A stretch of DNA of 61,760 nucleotides, filler included, from Porpidia crustulata (taxonomy: Eukaryota): the NCBI GenBank assembly GCA_964255105.1. It is 7 parts of 7 records of this genome, joined end to end, with 100 filler letters (N's around TTAATTAATTAA, not from the genome) between each part and the next. Parts side by side here need not be neighbours in the genome. Positions count along the whole stretch, not along the records: positions 44,225 to 52,946 come from CAXUWE010001062.1; positions 53,047 to 61,760 come from CAXUWE010001063.1; 5 more parts are not named here. One strand, written 5' to 3'. Positions 51,861 to 61,760 of the stretch are shown piece after piece. The notes beneath the pieces were generated by a model that searched no databases, was not told the origin of the DNA, and was given only the letters and a program-made list of their open reading frames with translations. How positions within the stretch are numbered: position 1 is the stretch's first letter; each line of letters starts with the position of its first letter. The translations under genes and the position numbers were made by a program.

Positions 51861-52817
51861 GAGAACGATGCTAGTGGATCTTGACAGTCTCGTAAAGCAA
51901 GGGATGCAAAGCTGCCGCGCAATCGATTATCGTCTAAGTAAAGTACCAACCAGAGCGGTGGATAAGAACATTGGAGGGCCGAGCTTTTAGTATATTCAAT
52001 GCTTTCGATGTAATCGAGAATGCGGTACAAACAGCAGAGCTCCCGCACAAAAGTCACAGATGTCTTCTTCGAGGCAGCAAGGCCGCTGCAAACACGTCAA
52101 CAGGCTTTGAGACGCTAAACTCATCATGGGGACCATCGACAAACCCAGGCCGACTCCTCGTCTGTTGGAATATCCTCCCAATTACAATCGTGGAAGACTC
52201 TAGATTGAACATTTATAGACTAAAGACAACAGGGCATCCCACGATAAGAGGTTGAATGCGATCCCTCACTCGTTGAATAGAGCTGTATCTTACACCGATA
52301 TTATTGAACAGCTGGATGGTTATTTGACGTTCAATTAGAGCGTTGCTATTCCTGTATCGACAAGCTCGGAACTTCCACACTGGTTGCGCTTTCACGAGCA
52401 TAAACTCAAGGTTTGTATGGTGCCAAAGTAGCAGGTGAAAGCAGTAGGTCAGTGCAACATAGTCGATGGCTCCTACGTGTTTATCGGATCCTACAATGAC
52501 TACTCGGCATGGTTTGGGAAGATTGCGAAGAACCTTTCAATACTTGTATGTAGTTTGAAAAAAAACCGAGATCAATTCAGGCTAGTTTCACGACCTTGTT
52601 GAGATCTCCCTGTCCACATGCGGTACGTAGAGCAACGGGCGCTAGGGAGAGCAACGGCTCAGATACACCCGCTGAGCCTCAACGGCTGAAGCGCCAAGCA
52701 AAAGATACCCCTGCAAAACATTGGACAAGCAAGTTGCAGCTCATACACCAAGATTATCGCGTCTCACAGAGCTGCATCACCTCATCACCAATGTAAAAAG
52801 ATGCCACGATAACCAGA

Positions 52818-52946
52818 ATGTCGTCCACCCCCAACATAAGCGAGCCCTCTACTTCTACCACCTCCACCCCGCCCTCCGAACCCCAAGCTTCCAACACCTC
52901 CTACCTCTCCTACCCCGTCTCCCATGTCGTCTCCAGCCTCTACCGC
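52818..52946 (+). CDS. N-terminus of a gene truncated by the contig end, probably oxidation resistance protein 1 (Oxr1/TLDc)
   Basis: MSSTPNISEP...SYLSYPVSHVVSSLYR resembles my recollection of the N-terminal SY.SYPVS..VS.L.R motif of filamentous-fungal Oxr1. The TLDc domain is not visible. Confidence 0.5.
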
Positions 52947-53046
52947 NNNNNNNNNNNNNNNNNNNNNNNNNNNNNNNNNNNNNNNNNNNNTTAATTAATT
53001 AANNNNNNNNNNNNNNNNNNNNNNNNNNNNNNNNNNNNNNNNNNNN
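52947..53046. other. Artificial contig-joining spacer
   Basis: N44-TTAATTAATTAA-N44. Confidence 0.98.
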
Positions 53047-53047
53047 A

Positions 53048-55614
53048 GATAGCGCTGTCGTTGCAACATTACCTCCTCCTTTAATATCAGTACCTTTGGA
53101 GAGGCCATCATCTCCACCTCCACCTCCCCCGGATGCATTCGTCCCGCCGCCCCCGCCAGAAGACCTGCCACCACCTCCACCACCGTCTTCTTTAAATAGC
53201 GTACCACCGCCTCCGCCGTCAGAAGTGAGAAAGACGAAGCCAAGATGGGGCACTTCAAGCAACCGGCAACCTTTGAGTGTGGAAGAGCTATTAGAAAAGA
53301 AAAAGAAAGCCGACGAGGTCGCAGCCAAGGTACGAATTTGAGATACCTCATGAGACAGTCCAATATTCACTCTGTGTCTCCCTCTAGTCTTATTGCGAAA
53401 CGTGCTGATATATTACTACTTCTCCAGCCGAAGTTCCTGTCAAAAGCGCAGCGTGACAAATTAGCGACCGAAAAACACGCGAAGGAGGTCGAAGAACAAC
53501 GGAGGAAACATAAGCCCAAAGATTATCCGTCTTCATTGGTACGCCGTGGCCAGAATGGAGCAAATGTACCTACGTCGGTTCCCTCTGTACTAAACGGATC
53601 TGGCCGACCTACAGTGCCGACAGGCCCTCGTGCTTTACGGAACGGTGAAATTCCTACTGGCCCGGCTGCCATGCGCACATCCCAATCTAATACAGGCTAC
53701 GATGTGGCTCCTCCACCACCTAAATCATCGAGCAATGCTACTACCGCCTTGAAAGGTGAGAAGCGCCCTGCTGCTGTGGAGGAGGCTCAGCATACTTTGA
53801 TAAGACAGCGATATATGGGTGCAGATCAAAATCAGTCCACATTTTCCGCGAAGAAGAAGCGCAGAAGAACCACAGAGAAGAAGTTTAATTTCGAATGGAA
53901 CGCTGAGGAGGATACCAGTCCGGACTACAACCCTTTATATCAGGCGCGGGCAGAAGCGAATTTCTATGGCCGGGGTCATTTAGGTGGCTTCGCCGAAGAT
54001 CTTGCCGATGGTGTCACTCGCAAATATGCCAGAGCTCTAGAAGAGAGGGACCATGAGTCTGGTAGCGTGCGGGCCAAGGAAATGTTGGAGATGGAAAGGA
54101 GAAGGAAAGAGGAGGGTGGGAGGAATTCCCTTGACAAGCACTGGAGCGACAAAAAGCTTGAGCACATGCGGGAAAGAGATTGGAGAATATTCAAAGAAGA
54201 CTTCAATATCAGTACTAAAGGTGGAGCAATACCTAATCCCATGCGATCATGGGCTGAATCTGGCCTTCCAAAACGGCTCCTGGACGTTGTGGATCAGGTG
54301 GGCTACACTGAACCGTCTGCCGTTCAGCGCGCCGCCATACCCATTGCATTACAATCCAGAGATCTCATTGGAGTGGCCGTTACTGGATCCGGAAAAACTG
54401 CGGCATTTCTCTTGCCGCTTCTGGTGTACATATCCGAGTTACCAGTTCTCAATGAGACAACCAAAAATGACGGCCCTTATGCGATCATTCTAGCGCCCAC
54501 GCGTGAGTTGGCTCAGCAAATTGAAATTGAGGCAAAAAAGTTCGCGACTCCTCTTGGGTTCACTTGCGTCAGCATCGTTGGAGGTCACTCGCTCGAAGAA
54601 CAAGCTTACAATCTAAGGGATGGGGCCGAAATTATCATAGCTACGCCTGGTCGTCTAGTAGATTGCATAGAAAGACGAGTGCTAGTTCTCGGCCAGTGCT
54701 GCTACGTGATCATGGATGAAGCAGACAGGATGATTGATCTTGGTTTTGAGGAATCGGTCAACAAAATCCTAGATGCTCTTCCCGTGGCAAACATGAAGCC
54801 AGATTCTGAGGAGGCTGAGGATGCCGTCGTAATGAGTCAACATTTGGGAGGTAAGGACAGGTATCGGCAGACAATGATGTATACGGCAACGATGCCCTCA
54901 GCTATCGAACGAATAGCCAGGAAATACCTAAGGAGACCGGCTATCGTCACGATCGGCAACGTTGGCGAAGCTGTCGAAACCGTGGAACAGCGCGTCGAGT
55001 TTGTTGCTGGTGAAGATAAGAGGAAGAAGCGCTTACTTGAAATTCTCTCCTCCCGAGAGTTCCAACCTCCGATCATTGTGTTTGTCAATATCAAGCGGAA
55101 TTGCGATGCTGTTGCTCGAGACATCAAGCATGGGGGTCATTCATCAGTCACACTCCATGGTAGCAAGACGCAGGATCAGAGAGAAGCTGCGCTGGCTTCA
55201 GTACGCAACGGTAGTACGGATGTCTTAGTCGCTACAGATCTTGCAGGTCGAGGTATCGACGTTCCCGACGTCAGCCTGGTGGTCAACTTCAACATGGCTA
55301 CGAACATAGAGAGTTATACCCATCGTATCGGTCGTACAGGTCGTGCTGGTAAAAGTGGTGTGGCCATTACGTTCCTTGGTAACGAGGACTCAGATGTCAT
55401 GTAAGTATAGCAAGGTTGATCATCGTTAAATGCGGCGGTTTCTAATCCTACTTCTAGGTACGATCTCAAGCAAATGCTGATGAAGTCTTCAATCTCGAGG
55501 GTACCCGAAGAATTACGAAAACACGACGCAGCACAGCAAAAGTCACAGAGAGGCGGTGGGCAGAAGAAGATTGAGGACAGCAGTGGGTTTGCAGGGAAAG
55601 GTGGCTGGCAGTGA
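53048..55614 (+). CDS. PRP28: Pre-mRNA splicing DEAD-box helicase Prp28 (5' truncated)
   Basis: PLSVEELL, KPKFLSK, KFNFEW, ERDWRIFKEDFNI, TGSGKT, PTRELA, DEAD, TAT, HRIGRTGRAG. Two introns. Confidence 0.96.
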
Positions 55615-56092
55615 GGGCCGTGATGGATGGCAGATTATTTAATGGGTTAGGACCTATTGTATTGTATGCCAGGCCGGGGCTTTCTATGCACTCGCTCGAC
55701 AAGATGTGAAAGGAAGCTTAGATTCTCCCACATATGAGCGCGCCGTCTGAAGTCGGATCATGTATTTCCTATTCTGATGATGTGTAGTAGGTATGTGGGC
55801 GTTTACCAAATCAACGACGCCGAGCAAGCCCCTGCTCAGTACAGTCCATGAGGTGGGCGCCTCTTGGGCTGACTAGGCACGCTACGATATGTGAACCTAA
55901 GCTAAGGCCGAGCGACTGCCGCCTCATAGTATTTTTTTCAGTCTGTCTAGTAACAACAACACTTACCACAATCACCACTGGTCATACTAGAGCTTCTGTC
56001 ACAGCGGAATCAAACTAAACTTTACCAAATCCCACTGTCCGTCTCTTAACTGCGACCGCTCCATTCAAGGCTCCGAACGGCTCCGAAGAAAT

Positions 56093-58507
56093 ATGGCGGA
56101 CTATAGCTTCGGGGGCACAGAAGAGGAAAACGCCGAATTGAAGAAGCTCAATGCTGAAGTAGTATGTGTGCTCCTGCTTCCTGGAATCTACGTAATGTCC
56201 AGTAAGCTGATATTATGCAACAGCTTGAGGACCCAGACAGCTTCGAGAATTGGGAGAAGCTTGTCCGCGCTGCTGAAGGCCTAGAAGGTGGCCTCAACCG
56301 CAACTCAAGTCCTCAATCTATCGTTGCCACTCGAGATACCTACGATCGCTTCCTCGCCAAATTCCCGTTGCTGTTTGGGTATTGGAAAAAATATGCCGAC
56401 TTGGAATTCTCAATAGCTGGAACAGAAGCTGCCGAGTTGGTGGGATTGTTACGTATCCTTGCAGGTGCAATGGGCTAATGCGTGTAGGTCTACGAACGAG
56501 GTGTGGCCAGCATAACCAATTCTGTGGACCTATGGACCAACTACTGCGCGTTTAAAGTCGAAACAAGTCACGACTCTGATGTGATCCGAGAGTAAGTAGA
56601 GAAAAGATAAAACTTTCCTTCCCATAACTGCAAGAACTACAGCAGCGCCCTGCATGCACTAAATAGTGGCCAAGAATGTCAAAATTGGGGTTTGAGACGG
56701 GTGAGAAAGTTGTCACCGGTTATTCCAGATTGCTTCTCACACATACCACTCAGGCGCTTTCATTTCCTTCGCTCGCGCACTGACCAACTTCCGATATCCT
56801 ACATGCTGCGTTCGAAATTGACGTTTGATGGACTTTATCGGAACTTCGAGATGATACGAGCACTCCCACATCTTATGTTTGCTGCCCTCTGCCTCCTTTT
56901 TGACGATTTTCTCCCATCCCCTGTTACTGGAAATTACTAACTAAAGGTTCACAGGCTCTTTGAGAGAGGTGCTACTTGTGTAGGTCTTGACTTTCTAGCT
57001 CACCCATTCTGGGACAAATACTTGGAGTTTGAAGAGCGCCTCGAAGCTCAGGATAAAATATTTGCAATACTCGACCGTGTGGTACATATACCTATGCATC
57101 AATACGCGCGGTACTTCGAGCGGTACCGCCACCTTGCTCAGCAGAGACCTCTTCAGGAGCTCTTGCCAGCCGACATGCTGGCTCAATTTCGTGCTGAAGT
57201 CGAGAACGAAGTCCCAGATCCCATGCAAGCACCAACCCAAATCAAACCGGAGCGATCAGAGCTAGAGATTGAGAGGGAAATGAGGACCCGAATAGACAAT
57301 TTTCATCTTGAGATTTTTTCCAGGACGCAGACGGAAACGACCAAGCGATGGACCTACGAATCAGAGGTCAAAAGACCTTACTTTCACGTTACTGAGTTAG
57401 ATGAAGGCCAACTAGTCAATTGGCGGAAGTACCTCGACTTCGAAGAGATTGAAGGCGATTACGTTAGGACCCAGTTTCTGTACGAGCGATGCCTAGTGAC
57501 TTGTGCATACTACGATGAATTCTGGTTGCGTTACGCTCGTTGGATGCTTGCTCAGCTTGGCAAAGAGGAAGAAGTTCGAAATGTCTACCAAAGAGCGAGT
57601 ATGCTATATACCCCGATCTCAAGACCTGCTGTCCGTCTCCAATATGCCTACTTCGAAGAGATGTGCGATAGGGTGGAGCTCGCAAAGGACATCCATCAAT
57701 CTATTTTGGTCAACCTACCAGGTCATCTAGAAACTATAATATCACTAGCCAATATGTGTCGTCGGCATGGTGGTCTTGACGCCGCTATTGAAGAGTATAA
57801 AGCTCAGATCGCTTCACCTCAATGCGACATTTACGCAAAAGCTGCTTTAGTCGCAGAATGGGCACGTTTGCTTTGGAAGACGAAAGGATCGGTTGATGAA
57901 GCTCGCCAGGTTTTCCAAAAGAACCAGCATTGGTATCTTGATAGTAGAGCATTTTGGATCAATTATCTCTGCTTCGAGCTCGAGCAGCCTACAAGTGCCG
58001 AAACCGAGGCGCTTCAGTACAAAAGAATCAAGCAGGTTCATGATGACATTCGTAGAAAGAGCCATTTACCTCCACTCACCATGAAAGATCTCTCCCATTA
58101 TTATATGGTATATCTGCTCGAGAGGGGTACAAAGGAAGCTGCGAAAGAATACATGACTCTAGATCGTGAGGTCAATGGGTACGCATTTCCTTGGTTCCAA
58201 CCTTTTGGCACGAGCTTACAAATACCACCTCAGACCGTTCTCTGTTCAGACTATCATGAAGACAAAGCTCGCTGAGGATGGCAGAGAAGCTACAACCCAG
58301 AGACGCTTGATGATGGAGAACGGACATCCAGGCGTCGAAGTTGATGAGGCTGCGATGCGAAGAGGGGAAGACCTTTACAACAAGTACTATCAACAGCAAG
58401 GTGAACAGCAATTAGCGAGTGATACCCAGGCAAGTTCCCTGGTCCTGCTCTAGACAAATCCTGCTAATCAGTCTCTCTAAAAGCCTGCACCTATGCATTA
58501 TGCTTGA
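56093..58507 (+). CDS. PRP39: U1 snRNP protein Prp39 (HAT repeats), multi-exon
   Basis: FLAKFPLLFGYWKKYADLE, VYERGV, LFERGATCVGLDFLAHPFWDKYLEFE, KRPYFHV, LYERCLVTCAYYDEFW. Ends at 58453, or at 58507 if the terminal GC-AG intron is spliced. Confidence 0.95.
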
Positions 58508-59036
58508 TACCTACTCCTTGTCATGAATGCCTCTCCCATTCTGCGGATTAGGAACCTCGATTTCTTAAATGCAAGCCAGTATATTTCCTCTGGTTGGCTG
58601 CTTTAAGTTCTACCACGCACAACTGAACCATCAGATATTAAGTGTCGCACATGAGGATTTTTGCCGTCCTGTATCATAGCTAGACTGTACAGAGGATTCG
58701 ATTGCTTATCGCACCTTCTATAATCTCAACATGCATGCTTTGTGTCAGCCTATCACATTTCGAGATAGACTTTGCATCTGAATTGCAAATCGTCGTGTTC
58801 ATGTAAGTACCTCGCCGCCGATCTACTTGACTTCTGTGGTGTTTTCCTTCTACAGCAAAATGTCTTTACAACAACTTTGAGCACAAAGTGAATAAACAGC
58901 AGCAGGACGTTACTAACCTTGAACGAAACTACTTTCCTCACATTGCACTTCCCTCAAATTGCACCTTTCTCACATTGCACTTTCCTACAATGAAATTCAT
59001 TATCTAAGGTGGAGAGCTTTACCTCTAGAAACTGCG

Positions 59037-60121
59037 ATGGCTAGAAGAACAAGGTCTACTGGTGCTTTCATTTGTGCCTTGTGCAACAAAGGCTTTACAC
59101 GCCGTAGCACAGTCAAAGACCCTCACTTCGCACGCTGTGTCGCTAAGATCGGCAATTCAGAGAACCTCGTTTGGGATGAACATCCAAGCTGCTGGATGAG
59201 TCTGCCAGACGGAACGAGAGGCAAATCGGGAATTCTTCCCCCAGGTATTCCGCAGGGCTCAATGGAGTCAGATGAGGTAAGATTGACGCCTTCTACTATC
59301 ATCAATAAGATGCTTATCTTTGGTGGGTGTTAATAGGATGAGACTAAAACGTTCGTAGACGATGACACGGTAAAGGGAGACGAAGAAGACAAGGGACCAG
59401 AGTTCGAGAATGAGGATGAACTCAGATCTCTGGGGAGCCCATTCAACCCAGTGATGGAAAAGCATAATGATGTTCCTTGGACTTCGATAAACGGTTTCAT
59501 TCTATCTAATACTAATCCTTCCTTATCACATGTACGGATTGTCTCAAGCGTCAGAAAGACCTATACTGACGTTGTAGTCAGCATACACAGTCAAGTAGAC
59601 TGGACACTCATCCCCCACTACAGTCTCAATCTCATCAGGGCTTACTTCCTCTTACGATGAACCAACTCGCGAACGTTGCGCTATCAGCTAGTCGCCAGTA
59701 CGCTGGTATAGGTGATGTGGAAGCTGCAGACATTTGGAGACTTTGGCATGATTTGGTTTGTCTACTATCTTCATCACCGCCAAGGCCAAGCTGATCGCCA
59801 ACTTAGCTACCTCAGGGCGTTGTGAGCAGCATCCCAGCACCGTTCCACGGACAAGACCAAAAAGGACGGCAGCAAGCAGTCGTCTGGCTGGCTCAAGATG
59901 TTTACGGAGCATTGCTGGTGGGAAGGCATGGATTGGAGGATCAGCTCAAGCTTGTCGCGTTATGGAGAAACATCACAAAGTCCTTAGGTGATCAGCAGGG
60001 TTTGGCGAAGATTTACAAGCTGTTGATGGAAGCGTTAGAAGAGGATGACCCATTGTTATTGAAGTGGGTCTATAAAGAACACTTTGCGGTTGGTTCGGAC
60101 TTGGTGCAGAACGGGGCGTAA
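59037..60121 (+). CDS. Uncharacterised 4-exon protein with an N-terminal C2HC-type zinc finger
   Basis: FICALCNKGFTRRSTVKDPHFARC. Putative introns at ~59277-59336, 59532-59581 and 59756-59806 give one open frame to TAA 60121. Confidence 0.65.
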
Positions 60122-60523
60122 CCTGTGGATTCACCTAGGGAGTCACACTCCTGATAGAGAACACGAGGTTGACTCGGGCTTTTGATAGTTGGAAAGAGAG
60201 TGGGAGCAAGCTTGCCTCAAATGCCGTTACTTTTCAGCAATTAAATCCTTGACAGTGAAATGCATATCAAATTATCATCTTCCATAGTAATACTTCACCC
60301 TCGATCTCGAAGTCGAAACAGCGATTCCGATGCGACCTCGCTTCTGTTGAAGTGCCAGCAATGGGATGGGAATACTAGCAGCATCATCTTTGTAACAAAT
60401 CGTGACCCAGAACATCATCAACGGTGGGAATGCATGTTGCCATAGAATGAATTACTCCTACTGTACTCTTTGGCTTTTAGAGTCTGGAATCGATCTGTGG
60501 ATCAGCCTTCGAGAACGATCACG

Positions 60524-61560
60524 ATGACAAGTAAAAAGGCGACTGAAGGCTTGCAGAACGCGATATGGAACGGCTCCATTCCACTAGAATTGCGCCTGTC
60601 GCCCGCTGAATGTCGCACGTACGACCAGGCGGATCCTTATTTCGTAAATGTCATCCTCTGTTTCAAGTTCACTGCGCTCAAGGCGTGCTGCAGATCCAAT
60701 ATCCACGCCTCTCCTACCTCCCTTTTCTCCTGCCCCGCCTACATACCTTTTTCGCCTCCTCACTTATTGATCCAGATGCACTACCGCATACTGGCTGGTT
60801 CTCGTTCGAAAATGTGTCACTGAAATGGCACTACCCCCTCGGACTGCTATACGATCTCTTCTCTGGCGCCGCTCCGTCGCAAGTCTCACCTACCGACCCA
60901 GACGACAAAAATGACTCGGAGGAAGACGGTAGTATACTACCATGGCGATTGGTCGTACACTTCGCAGACTGGCCGGCGGAACAACTAGTGAGCCTAGATT
61001 CCGAGGGGAAGGTTCTGCATGACGCATTCATCAACAGCGTCAAAGAGGCGGACTTTCTGAGGAATGGTACTGCCAAGGGAATCATGTCATTGTCTAAAGA
61101 TGATTCTACGCAGCTTTGGAAGGCCGTTCAAGACCGTACGTTGGAAGCGCATTGCTCGAGCTAGGAGCTGCCAAACGTGCTAAATGCTACAGATGACCTG
61201 TCTATCTTCAATCCCATCTCCCAGAAGCTTCTCTACGCCCAAGGTGCTCCCCTGCGCCACATCCCTTTGAGGATATATCTCCCTTCCTCACCTTCCGCTT
61301 CCGAGCCCGCTTCAGGGCATTTACGTATCGTACAGTCGCTCATCATACCTAACTTAGTGGGTAATCGCGAGCCACAGACCTTGGGCACTGCACTGCACAG
61401 TCTATTGCCTTCCCTTTTTCCAAGTCGAAGAACCCCGATTCTTGCAAAGGCAGTGCTACATGGAGCGGTAATACCGATGGGTGCCATCCTTGAGGAATTG
61501 ATGAAGGGTGCAGCGTATTCAGATGGGTGGCTACATGTCGGAGTTGTAATGATAGGATAG
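60524..61560 (+). CDS. ATG5: Autophagy protein 5
   Basis: [66 protein letters not shown]. Two introns. Confidence 0.96.
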
Positions 61561-61707
61561 ATTTGCGCCCGCTTGTTCTTCAACTCTTTGGAAGGCAATG
61601 CCGAATAAGAGTCCTTTGGCCGATGGATATCCTACATGATCAGTCAAGCAGATGCACATGTGGTGTGGAGCTGAGTGCTTTGCTTAGTCATAAATAGCTA
61701 TTTAGTA

Positions 61708-61751
61708 ACGTGATCTACCCCCTAGTTGGCCAAACCCTCTAGTTGGCCAGC
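61708..61751 (+). mobile_element. Fot1/pogo-type terminal inverted repeat (one end of a DNA transposon or MITE)
   Basis: TA followed by ACGTGATCTACCCCCTAGTTGGCCAAACCCTCTAGTTGGCCA: ACGT start plus an internal direct repeat CTAGTTGGCCA, lying at a contig end. Confidence 0.72.
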
Positions 61752-61760
61752 GCCCCTCAC

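Noticed and set aside
8766..53046. Regularly spaced palindromic TTAATTAATTAA as a biological repeat
   Set aside because: It is always centred in identical N runs, so it is an artificial linker.
53048..58507. PRP28-PRP39 adjacency as a splicing gene cluster
   Set aside because: Two neighbours are not enough evidence, and SLT11 is on another contig.
1..61760. tRNA, rRNA, CRISPR arrays, telomeric repeats
   Set aside because: None recognisable by eye. tRNAscan-SE and Infernal would be needed to exclude small RNAs.

Overview
Fungal (filamentous ascomycete, Pezizomycotina-type) nuclear DNA with short spliceosomal introns. The window is not contiguous. It is seven ~8.7 kb contigs of strictly decreasing length, joined by artificial 100-bp N44-TTAATTAATTAA-N44 spacers, so adjacency across spacers means nothing. 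Most genes are ordinary: a Baeyer-Villiger monooxygenase, an S10 carboxypeptidase, a ferric reductase, SLT11, ERG6, MED19, a bHLH factor, a CIA30-like protein, a CYP52-clan P450, a GH16 Crh-type enzyme, TyrRS, an MFS transporter, dynein light intermediate chain (partial), an acyl-CoA synthetase, a HAL/PTK kinase, MSN5, GRIM-19/NDUFA13, TRM10, PRP28, PRP39 and ATG5. Accessory content consists of (1) a decayed region at 8.9-13.7 kb holding a pseudogenised, intron-containing tyrosine recombinase (Starship-captain/Crypton-like), an SNF2-type helicase relic, repeats and a candidate orphan gene; (2) a Fot1/pogo transposase relic; (3) a Fot1-type terminal inverted repeat at the window end; and (4) contig-end fragments of ankyrin and NACHT-WD40-like genes. 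I cannot demonstrate a complete novel system. The best leads are the tyrosine recombinase relic, a candidate poison exon in an oversized PRP39 intron, and recurrent C-rich to G-rich skew switches that are independent of gene orientation. Gene spans include introns, and family assignments come from motif recognition, not database searches.
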